A stretch of DNA of 52,422 nucleotides, taken from a virus (taxonomy: Duplodnaviria; Caudoviricetes). Shown one piece after another: positions 41,201 to 47,312 of the stretch. Within the stretch, counting starts at the first letter, position 1. Each line of letters begins with the position of its first letter. Under the pieces are notes generated by a model. That model saw nothing but the letters and a program-made list of their open reading frames with translations. It ran no database searches and was not told the origin of the DNA. The stretch covers positions 1 to 52,422 of the IMG/VR virus record IMGVR_UViG_3300032216_001635, one strand, 5' to 3'. A program made the translations under genes and the position numbers.

Positions 41201-42819
41201 CTCTAACTGCAAACAGCGCACAGCTGGTAACATTCCCGGGTGTTGTATATGTTAACAACGGTACAAGTGCAACAAGCACAACAACAGGTGCTCTACAAGT
41301 TGTAGGTGGTCTAGGCGTAACTGGAGACATTTATGCTCGTAACATCTATGCAAACGGTGCTTTAGTTGGAACTGGTAGTTCTGGTGGAACTGGCGGCACA
41401 TCGACTTCTACACCATACATTGTAGTTACTAACGCAACACAAGCATACAGCACAGGTACAACAAGTACATTGTTAGCTGGTACTGCTGGTGCTATGCAAG
41501 TATACGGCGGAGCTGGTGTTTGGGGTAACTTATTTGTTGGCTTAAACAGCAAGACCATTAAGAATCAAGCATATGATATGTCAAGTGCCACACTACAAGT
41601 CGGTGGCGCAATAGCCGGTACTGGTGATATCCGCGGTGGAAGTTTATATGCTCAAGGTGGCAACAACTACTTGTACTATTCACAGGACTGGTCAGTAAGT
41701 AACAGTAACTGGACTAAACTTAACTCAAGTGCAGGTCTAAGTGCTACAGTTGGGCCAGACGGAAGCACAAGCGGTACTAAACTAACAGAAAGTGGCGCAA
41801 CAGGTAACCACTACTTCCAGCAAACTGTAAGTGCATTTACTGGCCCAGCAACATTTAGCGTATATGCTAAAGCCGCAGAACGTTCATACATTGCATTAGT
41901 TATAACTGCTGGTGGCGCACAACATGGCGTTTACTTTAACTTATCTACCGGTGTTGCTACATTAGGTTTTGCTCCAACATTCCAAACTAAATTTACAATT
42001 GAAGCAGTAAACAGTGGTTGGTATCGTTGCTCGATGACAGTATGGGCGGCTCCTGCAACAGCAATTACAGCAGTTGGCATTTACTCAGCATTAGGTCTTG
42101 ACACAGCAGCCAACGGAACAAACACCAGCTTTACTGGTACAGGTGGTTCTGGTTCATATGTATATGGTGCTCAATTAGATCCAGGCTATGCCGCAGGTCC
42201 TTATCAAGTTACAACTAACGCACAGGTAATTGCAAGTAATAACATTTATGCGGCAGGTAGTTTATATATTGCTAGTACAGCAACGGTTGGCAATGCACAA
42301 GTTATTACAACTGCAACGTTAATGACTAACTTAGGCCTGTATGGTTCTACACCAAACAGCATAGTAATTAACAACGCTACACAAGCTGTAAGTACGATTA
42401 CTGGTGCGTTACAGATTGTTAACGGCGGCGCTGGTATTGGCGGTAACGTGTATGTTGGCGGTAGTTTATATGCTATTAGCAAATCATTCTTAATTGATCA
42501 TCCAACTAAGAAAGGATACAAACTACAATACGGTAGCTTAGAAGGTCCGGAGAACGGTGTTTATGTTCGTGGCAAATTAGACGGCCGTGTAATTAAACTA
42601 CCCGAGTATTGGAAGTCATTGGTTGATATGGATACAATAACAGTTGATCTAACACCTATTGGCAAGTTCCAAAAACTATACGTTGAAAACATCGATGTAA
42701 AAACTGGTGAAATCTTTATCGATAACAGTTCAATGCTAGGCGGCCCTTGCAAGTGCTTCTACACAGTATGGGCAGAGCGTAAAGACATTGATAAACTTGA
42801 TGTAGAGTTTAAAGGATAA
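29245..42819 (+). CDS. Giant multi-domain tail-fibre protein (4524 aa): fibre repeats, beta-helix with LamG insert, YadA-head-like repeats, CBM-like domain, chaperone-like C-terminus
   Basis: YYVETNGSDSNDG (~31633); LamG signature FDGNGDYL...FEAWVY...QWYHVAL...GYIDEVRVS (~32520-32950); NxAIGxxA repeats (~40660-41190); TFSVYAKA...GWYRCS...YGAQLD (~41660-42200); C-terminal KSFLIDHP...LEGPE.GVY.RG...LPEYW. Confidence 0.85.
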   Translation: MAYNDDFIVKNGLVVRATTSSRYQSTSTQTGAIVTPGGLGIGQNATIGGILSVLSSATFTAAQTTDIVKILSTAVNTSTVTPVGNALQVSGGIYAQNINIGGIALVKGSRVLTVDEGFTGGVISQPLVINTNTNSTSTTTGALVTPGGIGVGLDMTIGGKVTVYGNIYSNGYQVPTLLTVATGAGLAGGGTLSATNATITLSNTGVLTVTGGTGINVDQASGNVTITNIGVQQVNAGSDIQLSGSTGSVTISDVSTLQSVTTRGSFTNQILTLTNPTSYPGPFYSTFTNALNVLGGISAKSINVLNTSYQGGAQIVTTATINQFIGGNIQNNLHIQNTTDSVSTQTGALIVDGGAGIGGNVWVGKTLNVLGDTNIYGSVNVLGTYTTVKVNSTQTYIVDPFIDIGTGYNNSALQTNDGLDRGFVLHYNTGSNATFDNHAFLGRSANTGELVYITDIQPGGATQDIINPVTGGTYGIARFGILKLVGGNASSGYGSGDLQITGGAAIQGSLYAGKIYEGSHRVLTDVSLVAQSGIGVTVTSTASGATAYLTNTGVVSLVAGTGLLSVGNLTSGTITLNNAGVLSLLQANINGDIGLQWSNGNGGDVLISNLSTLQSTTGRGNTSSYQIIMNSPLNSTGTSATNALYLAGKGGIYARSLMLEESAWIGGAQVVTSANINDFGGGVINNYLKINYQQTSTSTNTGALVVTGGVGIGDNLNLQNTLTIYTTAASPVFANNALAVRGGAAVSGVARFGSDVYTTGTLYVNTITSILADLKLNSNGGTAYINNVDILKYTSNVYYVETNGSDSNDGRRPQTAFLTVAHALSVATAGGAVLIGVGTFTESFPLTIPVGVTVQGHGLRATVIQPTSGTNTASGFLLNGETTLTDLTVANFFKPGYAFKFATGAKITTKSPYIERVSVITKGSATSASDPYGFAAGDAGNGAFLDGAVLDPTSLEPAMLWNEVTFIVPNATGMYMTNGVRCELLNGFVYFADKAINAQAGATGLGGIGRTRLKLGNIAGTFSPGDVIYYKDPDGTTLASGLINSASGNYVYIVGPSWGWAQITDRTGKAVTAYGNAQQSTVQKKFGISSGIFDGNGDYLEILNTTDFQFGTNSYAFEAWVYLNSLGKIHRIFYKGTTLGSSIRFSVSSSNVLQAAHAGTIITGGTTLTTGQWYHVALSRVSLTNTINIWLNGQLEATSNLATGSVNTTDPLSVGGIAGTTLDSLNGYIDEVRVSNISRYTANFAVPTSAFGSDAATVLLLHVDGGAGTSTFLDDALGVQTIYSTGSNPATANRINLVDLHQFGAELRCIGSAAVFGNSGVTANGTGTDLKLIAFNMSHIGAGGDLSDDTSLVTQVNEVIQTNGGKVYFQTVDQGGDFRVGDSFVVNQRTGNVSFGNAQVNLGSLSSLYISDGSNVTSILPTGISSGGITLASQTISSNSGNLTLDPAGATTIVNSDLQVNGGFSVNSLVIPGTTDSTSTTTGAITVAGGVGIQKNVYIGGTNTSITSIAGNAVSVILGGIGAKTLYIEGDGYIGNAKIVTTGTIGTVLGGNVPNNLYITTSTQSTGTSSGAFTVAGGVGIGGSLYTGGNVYQQGNQQVLSTLTLALTGLSGSYSAFNGAGTITLNNIGVTQIIAGTDISVDHSTGTVTISDTATLQSVTNRGATTTVPLSVTDSSISTTTIAGNAIAVTNGGIGAKSLYLDTAGWIAGSQILTTGNAGSSFSGTFNNPVNITSSINAINTQSGALQVVGGAGIGKDLWVGGNTYVLGNLYVDGTNTVVDRTSIQTGDKTITLATGTGNASLAIGAGLQVGYSSSTAIWASFLFDGVNSWLSGGNINPDVDLARDLGGVNIRWGNVNASNVNFLTIVSTSTNASTSTIAGNTVATQGGIGAKQLFLSQDGWIAGNRIITTGNLSSYTSVFDGGTIHTPLIETDTTNALSTYTGALQVQGGAGIAKNLYVGRNLNVLTDAFVTGTMYAGAVYDAGNRVITSVSLQAGTGINVSTATLYGPNTLLTITNVGVTSINVGNGLSVTASTGSVTVVNTGVTTLIPGADISVSSQRGDITISDVSTLDSVTQRGATSTATIVVQNAAFTTTSIAGNALQVTGGVGANYLYVQTGGYINGAQIVTTSTLNSFSGGDVGNALRITNATSATSTQTGALQVVGGVGVGGALWVGKDLHVLGDIYVDGTQTIVDSTRIQTGDKVLYLATSTTSAGVAINSGIAVGPTTGTWAQFWFNGTDSWASKGGIIPTAGSTYNLGTNANPWNNLYSANIFATSNTDSSGISSGALQSAGGLGVAKQATIGTYLQVQGAYTNTTTQASASIGTAGGAYIGQDLSVIGNAWVGGNKVITTLNPFDVIFQSTTNSFSSNDGSLVLAGGLGVSQNVNIAGIVGISNFAGSTSSAAGNALQVSGGIFADTLMINTIGTIAGGIIITTSTIANYAFNGGTIAKSIIINSSTQATSTITGALQITNGGAGIGGNVYVGGTLNVLTNTSTFKTISAGTATITTATISSGAFNTTTALISKNALYVVGGIGTGYLNVGTAGWINGSPIITAATINSFSGGTINNDFTINSPTIAISTITGAFRVLNGGIGIGGSGWFGGSLNVVSPDGTTDGIFNANQSALSLDIGSNTKNVPVRILIQGTAKSIFDVNGSLGVGTTTPVFGVDLHTAQSQSGSSNTITNLLSLQSDNWSTNFGQDQSSLEVTVTSYDSGATFEHWITSGARASGGAQPLVFGGGNYYNNSNLKTVNEWGRFTAGGNLVLKNQISALTGSISSSNRSTATVASNAFAVPNGGIGASYLYIVNEGWIGTGKIITTANASSIAFNGGTITQALYINSSTQSTTPTSGALRVQGGAGIVGNLIVGTNASVAGYFTVPSLTATNINLIGNALTIGGPTTFSTTTIATSAGTAGVVVGGGLGVVQNAIIGDTLTVNSVASNTGTIAGNAVMINQGGIGAQTLYLAQAGYINGAQIVTSSTINNFSGGAVSSTVQYTNQTQSNGTNSGAVTVAGGVGIGGNLNVGGTAYFLGDLYVGGTQTYVNSTNIQTGDKVIYLSTSASSSVLASNSGLAIGPVGGTYAQFFYDGVSSWQSKGNISPSTAGGFNLGSTLLPWNTEYVQFVNITGGTQSTTATNGTLIVTGGVGVSGNLNVGTSATVASQLFSLSVPTQNAFYVAGGIGAGYLNIANNGYINGSPIITQANISSFQFQGGTISNILTSTNTTSAFSTQTGAIQVVGGIGLGGNLHVGGAQYIYASTASAVSTSGNALIVNGGIGAYSIFLSNNGYINGSPIVTAATLNQFSGGTINSSLVVNSATQATSTITGAFQVINGGVGIGGNIYAGGNGVFGVTSNTAGTLGNTATGSLQVLGGASVSGLLNVGAKSNFAGYAGFGTTNPQAQVEVNGDVVVGAYNSSRVQISNGGGSNAIYEVGSSTIGDYRWQIGRDMIGIGIAGMGFINQSQSLAGGGAAVGAVSGVASTLGFYTSNGSALSLRGLIDGSGNMTIGQTGTPLAKFDLRGSLRVQGGNLEHVMISNNAAQYVALDISRTATGATSDFRIGVNGGAGNFSPAAGAGDVNMAFSSNILFSLQNIAEIVKITPTGLVISTSTLATSASSGALQVQGGAGVTGDAWFGGNVAITGTTFINNVAASTTTIAGNALQVKGGIYAASINLASNSWIGGYQIVTTNNIGSFTGAFNGGTVTSPIYIANSTNAVSTSSGALYTAGGIGLTKDLWVGNNATVIGVSSLAGVNTTGILTITNATAASSTVTGALQIVNGGAGIGGSLYTGGDAYHGGARFGLGGGSVTSNLAIGNGAMATVASGANNIGIGSSALTGLSAGAFNIGIGQQALQNVATKVNNVAVGALAMNGTAPGNNAVAIGYQAGQNAQGDFGISIGSGAVLAGTGAGNIGIGYQAIPGLTTGARNIAIGQGVGTNLAGGSQNILLGYGAGSSITSGGNNVVIGGNNGSTIATSNNNIILSDGAGNIALTANSAQLVTFPGVVYVNNGTSATSTTTGALQVVGGLGVTGDIYARNIYANGALVGTGSSGGTGGTSTSTPYIVVTNATQAYSTGTTSTLLAGTAGAMQVYGGAGVWGNLFVGLNSKTIKNQAYDMSSATLQVGGAIAGTGDIRGGSLYAQGGNNYLYYSQDWSVSNSNWTKLNSSAGLSATVGPDGSTSGTKLTESGATGNHYFQQTVSAFTGPATFSVYAKAAERSYIALVITAGGAQHGVYFNLSTGVATLGFAPTFQTKFTIEAVNSGWYRCSMTVWAAPATAITAVGIYSALGLDTAANGTNTSFTGTGGSGSYVYGAQLDPGYAAGPYQVTTNAQVIASNNIYAAGSLYIASTATVGNAQVITTATLMTNLGLYGSTPNSIVINNATQAVSTITGALQIVNGGAGIGGNVYVGGSLYAISKSFLIDHPTKKGYKLQYGSLEGPENGVYVRGKLDGRVIKLPEYWKSLVDMDTITVDLTPIGKFQKLYVENIDVKTGEIFIDNSSMLGGPCKCFYTVWAERKDIDKLDVEFKG

Positions 42820-42824
42820 TAAAA

Positions 42825-43478
42825 ATGGCAAGTAGATTTGGACCTTACGTTTCGTTAACTAACTTAGTTTTATACATTGATCCGTATAATGTAAAAAGCT
42901 ATCCAGGTAGCGGAACAACGGCATACAATTTAATAGACAATCAAACGTCTACACTATCAAGTGTGACCTATGGTAGTACTTCATTCCTTAATGCAGGTAC
43001 TGGTTTGATTGCTGGTGGTACATCATACAACTTAAACTTGGCCGCAGGTTATACAGTTATACAGTTCATGAACTTAACCAGCAGACAAGGTGGTTACTTT
43101 AACTACATTGCTGGTAGCAACAGTATTAACTTATATTCAGGCGGTTTAACAACTATGCGTTGGGAAACGTATGCCAGTGCTGGTGACTTGTATTCAAGTT
43201 CAACTATTCCACTTAATACATGGCATAGTTGGGCAGGAACTTTTAGCGGTACTGCATCTGCAGGTGGAAGCGGAACTAGTAACTTATACTTAAACGGTAT
43301 TTTAGATAATACTGCCGCAGTCAACGGAACAAATACAAATAACGCAACTTTCCAATTGGGCTATCAGGGCGGAGCGATGAACGGACTATTGGGTCCAACG
43401 CTATTTTGGAATAGAGCATTGTCTGCATCAGAAGTTCGTGCAGTACATGTAGCGTTAAAGGGTAGATACGGTATTTAA
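42825..43478 (+). CDS. LamG/concanavalin-A-like lectin domain protein
   Basis: LVLYIDPYNVKSYPGSGTT..NL, LNTWHSWAGTF, LYLNG and WNRALSASEV motifs. Confidence 0.8.
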   Translation: MASRFGPYVSLTNLVLYIDPYNVKSYPGSGTTAYNLIDNQTSTLSSVTYGSTSFLNAGTGLIAGGTSYNLNLAAGYTVIQFMNLTSRQGGYFNYIAGSNSINLYSGGLTTMRWETYASAGDLYSSSTIPLNTWHSWAGTFSGTASAGGSGTSNLYLNGILDNTAAVNGTNTNNATFQLGYQGGAMNGLLGPTLFWNRALSASEVRAVHVALKGRYGI

Positions 43479-43491
43479 ATACCGATAAATA
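43469..43491 (+). promoter_or_regulatory. 16-bp palindrome containing TAAATA on both strands, followed by a second TAAATA
   Basis: CGGTATTTAAATACCG at 43469-43484; TAAATA at 43486-43491; ATG at 43502. Confidence 0.55.
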
Positions 43492-43501
43492 TGGAAATAC
43501 T

Positions 43502-46165
43502 ATGGCATATTCAGATCGTAACATTGTAATAACACCAAATATAGGGCAAACCTCAGCGGAGCCTATAATTCGTTTCACCGGCGGAAGTGCGTCTTCGTCA
43601 GCTACCGTTTATGCTCGAGTTTTGGATGCAGGTACACTAAGTTGGGAAGCAACTGCAGGACAAGTAGCTACTATTGCTGACGGATTAAATGGAAGCATCT
43701 TTGCTGTGAACGATATTAGCGGAATTCCAAGCATAGAAGTTTTTGATACTGGTATTGTACAATTTGCAAAATATCAAGGACAAGTGCAGTTAGGTAATAA
43801 CACACAATCAACTACTACTGGTACAGGCGCCCTACAAGTGTTAGGTGGTGTAGGTATTAGTGGAAACTTAAACATTGGTGGATCATTTGCCCTAAACAAC
43901 AACATTGGTATTGGTGGTGCAGGTAACACCTACGGTATTACAGTAGCAACTACAACTAACGTAGCTGGATATTTCTATGATTCAGTAAGTTTGCGTAATA
44001 TTGCAATCCAAATAGGTAACTCATCATACCCGTTGGGTGTAGGTTTTAACTCGTACAACGTCAACGGTACAACTTATGTGGGCGGCGTTGGATACAACGG
44101 ACAGCTAACATTAACAGATTCTAATGGATTTAAATTTTTAGTTTCATCTGCTAGCCAATCAGCAGGCGCAGTAGCATCACAAATTAACACATTAAACGTA
44201 AGCTCATCTCAAATTGTAGTTCCAATTTCTACAGTTGCATCTAGCACATCGACTGGTGCTATTACAACTTACGGTGGTATTAGTTCAGGTGGCGCACACT
44301 ATTCAGGTCTTGACAGTTACTTCAACGGTGTTCGTATTGGTCAAGGTAACTTAGCCTTAGCAACATCAAATACAGTAGTGGGCGCAAGTGCAGGCGGCGG
44401 CCTAACAACTGGCGGTACAAACAATACCATTATGGGTAACCTTGCAGGTAACGGTGTAACTACTGGTGGTAACAATTCGCTATTTGGTTATAATGCCGGT
44501 AATGCCTTAGGTGCAGGTGCAGGTAATACTGCAATTGGACAAGCAACCTTATCATTAGCCGCAGGTGCTTCTGCAAGTAACAATACTGCGGTTGGCTATC
44601 GTGCAATGGGTGTTGGTAGCTTGTTAACAGGTAACAATACTGCAATTGGAACAAACGCACTACAATTACTGTCAAGTGGTGCAAACAATACTGCACTTGG
44701 GTATAACGCAGGTGGTGCAATTACAGGCAACAGCGGTAACGTTCTAGTTGGTTACAACGCAGGTAACGCACTTTCATATGATAACTGTGTAGTACTTGGA
44801 AGCTACGCCGGCGCCGCATTTACTGCCGCTGGTCAAATTGCAATCGCAAGTGGCGGTGCCGGTACTGGCACACTACGTATATTCATTGATGAAAACGGCA
44901 AGACAACAATTCAATCCGGTACAGCGGCTTCAACAACAAACACAGCAGGCGCACTATATACTACTGGTGGCGCAAGTATTCAAGGTGGTTTAAATTTAGG
45001 TGGTGCCTTATACGCACAAAACTCTGCTGGTACTAACGGTTACTTCCTACAAACAACAGGATCTGGAGTTCAGTGGGCACAGGCAGGTGTTACAGTTTCT
45101 AACATTACTACAGCTGGTACATATTATCCAACCTTTACAAACTCTGTAAGCGGTACACTAAACACAGTTAACGTTGACTCAACATTCTTAGTGTTTGATC
45201 CAAGCACAGGTAAATTGTCAACTACTGGTAACATTAGCGGTGGTGCAACTGGTTATATGTTTGCAGGCCAAGCAGGTTTTGGTGTAGGTACTACTAACGC
45301 AGTAGGTACAGGCGGCGCAGTTTTACAAATTGGCTACAAAGATGCAAGTACAAACTTGTTACGTATCGGCGACGGTTCAGCAACAGCAAACAGCAGTTAC
45401 AGATGGCGTGTTGATCAAACATACAATTGGATTGCTAATAACGGTACAGCAGATACCTTTTCTGTTGCATCAACTGGCGCAGTAAGTACTCCAGGGCAAA
45501 TTACAACTACATATTCTAGTGGTAGTTCGTTCTATGTTAACAATACTGCGTCAGGTGGTGACTTAACAATTCGTAATACATATCCAACTATTCACTTCCG
45601 TGATACTGACGGATTCAATGCATACTTACACAATAACAGTAACTTATTATATGTGTTACGTGCAGGTAACGATGCAGGTGACGGTTCGTGGGTGCAGATT
45701 AACGGTCAGTGGCCGTTTATTTTTAACTTGTCAGATAACTCAGCAACTTGCGGCGGCACACTCTATGCAGTTGGCGACGTATATTCTGCAACATCAGATG
45801 AAAGACTAAAAGATATTCAAGGCCCTATTACTGATGCTATTGCAAAAGTAATGCAATTAGAAGGCTTTTACTACTACGATAACGAGCTTGCAAAATCTTT
45901 AGGTGTTGTTAGTGATCGTAGAAAACTAGGTTTAAGTGCTCAAAAATTAAAAGAGCTACTTCCAGAAGTTGTAGTTCCTGCTCCGTTTGACCTTGATGAA
46001 AAAACAGGTGAATCTAAATCAGGTGAAAACTACCTAACAGCACAATACGAGCGTGTAGTTCCTTTACTAGTCGAAGCTATTAAAGAACACGAGCATACAA
46101 TACAAGCTCAACAAGTACAAATTGACGAATTAAAAGCATTGGTGACCCAACTGCTTAATAAATAA
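43502..46165 (+). CDS. Tail fibre protein with YadA-head-like repeats and C-terminal peptidase S74 intramolecular chaperone
   Basis: NTAIGxxAL repeats (~44360-44810); TSDERLKD...LGLSAQ...LPEVV...YERVVPLLVEAIKE plus terminal coiled coil (45791-46165). Confidence 0.88.
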   Translation: MAYSDRNIVITPNIGQTSAEPIIRFTGGSASSSATVYARVLDAGTLSWEATAGQVATIADGLNGSIFAVNDISGIPSIEVFDTGIVQFAKYQGQVQLGNNTQSTTTGTGALQVLGGVGISGNLNIGGSFALNNNIGIGGAGNTYGITVATTTNVAGYFYDSVSLRNIAIQIGNSSYPLGVGFNSYNVNGTTYVGGVGYNGQLTLTDSNGFKFLVSSASQSAGAVASQINTLNVSSSQIVVPISTVASSTSTGAITTYGGISSGGAHYSGLDSYFNGVRIGQGNLALATSNTVVGASAGGGLTTGGTNNTIMGNLAGNGVTTGGNNSLFGYNAGNALGAGAGNTAIGQATLSLAAGASASNNTAVGYRAMGVGSLLTGNNTAIGTNALQLLSSGANNTALGYNAGGAITGNSGNVLVGYNAGNALSYDNCVVLGSYAGAAFTAAGQIAIASGGAGTGTLRIFIDENGKTTIQSGTAASTTNTAGALYTTGGASIQGGLNLGGALYAQNSAGTNGYFLQTTGSGVQWAQAGVTVSNITTAGTYYPTFTNSVSGTLNTVNVDSTFLVFDPSTGKLSTTGNISGGATGYMFAGQAGFGVGTTNAVGTGGAVLQIGYKDASTNLLRIGDGSATANSSYRWRVDQTYNWIANNGTADTFSVASTGAVSTPGQITTTYSSGSSFYVNNTASGGDLTIRNTYPTIHFRDTDGFNAYLHNNSNLLYVLRAGNDAGDGSWVQINGQWPFIFNLSDNSATCGGTLYAVGDVYSATSDERLKDIQGPITDAIAKVMQLEGFYYYDNELAKSLGVVSDRRKLGLSAQKLKELLPEVVVPAPFDLDEKTGESKSGENYLTAQYERVVPLLVEAIKEHEHTIQAQQVQIDELKALVTQLLNK
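46159..46164 (+). promoter_or_regulatory. Putative late promoter (TAAATA) overlapping the upstream stop
   Basis: AA-TAAATA-ATACTAAAGGA...ATG at 46186. Confidence 0.55.
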
Positions 46166-46185
46166 TACTAAAGGATTAGACTAAA

Positions 46186-47301
46186 ATGGCATTATACTCA
46201 AGCGGAATATTAGTTGTCGACAACACAGGAAACGTTATTCCTGCCAAGTACACGGCACGAGCAAACTTACCATCAGGTACTGGTTATTTTGCATACATAT
46301 CTGATGTAAACGATTTCGTATTTGGTACGAACCGTAACCCATCAACTGGACCATTTGGTAACTTATACCCACAGCAAACTACTGGCGGTGATGCTAACTA
46401 TTTCCGTTGGTACAAATTCCTAGCTAAACCTGCAGATTATAAAAATGAAATTATTCTACAGCAAGGTTCGCTTGCTGGTGGTTATGTAGGCGGTAACCAG
46501 TGGTCACAAATTGCTCGTATTAACTCTGTTACAGACGTGCTACACGAGCAACCACAAACTTGTACATTCCCTTCATTATATGGCGGCTGGCATTCAACAG
46601 AATGGTATGCTTACTACCAGCAAGGTGGTACAGGTCCCGGAGCACTACAAAATAAACAAGACTGGGCTACATGGTCAATTACTAACTTAAATGCTCGTCC
46701 AACTGGTGGTACAGGTCCTAACAGTTGGCATTGCGGTAGTAAAGTTAACTCAAACAACAACTGGGGTATGGTACAACAGGGCGGCTCAAACAATTCTGTA
46801 AACTTTAATACAGACACATGGAACACATCATACGGTGTTGGTAACGGATATTACGGCGGTGGAGCACCTGCTGAGAACGGTATTAGCTTTAACGATACTG
46901 CTGGCTCTGGTGGTGCATGGAAATGGAACTACAACACTATGACAGGTTCTGGTGTGTTTGCAGGCGAAAACCCACAGTTTGGTGGTAACATTCACGGTAA
47001 ACCATTACCGACCAAGTGGTACAAGTGGTACAACAACGCCAACAACGATGCTCGTGTAAACAAATACAACGTGTCAAGTGATAGCTGGACAGTTGTTACT
47101 AACTCAGAATACACTAACGGTGAAAACTGTTCAATGATGGCGCAGGATTGGGGTTACTGGTTATGCGGTTATAATGGTAACGGACAGAACAACGTTTCTA
47201 CAAAAACTTTCTATCAATCAGATTCAACATACATATTAGGTACACTATACGGTCAGCGTAACCAAAGCTCAGCCGCAGCCTGTTACGGTCCGTATCCTTA
47301 A
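46186..47301 (+). CDS. Trp/Tyr/Asn/Gly-rich putative tail-tip adhesin (possible kelch-like beta-propeller)
   Basis: LAGGY, GYWLCGY and KYNVSSDSWT kelch-like elements; 16 Trp in 371 aa; follows a fibre gene. Confidence 0.55.
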   Translation: MALYSSGILVVDNTGNVIPAKYTARANLPSGTGYFAYISDVNDFVFGTNRNPSTGPFGNLYPQQTTGGDANYFRWYKFLAKPADYKNEIILQQGSLAGGYVGGNQWSQIARINSVTDVLHEQPQTCTFPSLYGGWHSTEWYAYYQQGGTGPGALQNKQDWATWSITNLNARPTGGTGPNSWHCGSKVNSNNNWGMVQQGGSNNSVNFNTDTWNTSYGVGNGYYGGGAPAENGISFNDTAGSGGAWKWNYNTMTGSGVFAGENPQFGGNIHGKPLPTKWYKWYNNANNDARVNKYNVSSDSWTVVTNSEYTNGENCSMMAQDWGYWLCGYNGNGQNNVSTKTFYQSDSTYILGTLYGQRNQSSAAACYGPYP

Positions 47302-47312
47302 TAAGTAGCTGT

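Noticed and set aside
23772-42752. Many minus-strand Pro/Val/Thr-rich ORFs inside the giant genes, and similar shadow ORFs elsewhere
   Set aside because: They are antisense shadows of Gly/Thr-rich, codon-biased genes, with no RBS, promoter or recognisable domain.
9380-42819. Inteins or introns inflating the giant ORFs
   Set aside because: No intein splice motifs or homing-endonuclease signatures were recognised; tandem structural repeats explain the length.
46700-47301. Diversity-generating retroelement suggested by the AAC-rich 3' half of the adhesin-like gene
   Set aside because: No reverse transcriptase and no template/variable repeat pair differing at adenines was seen in the window.
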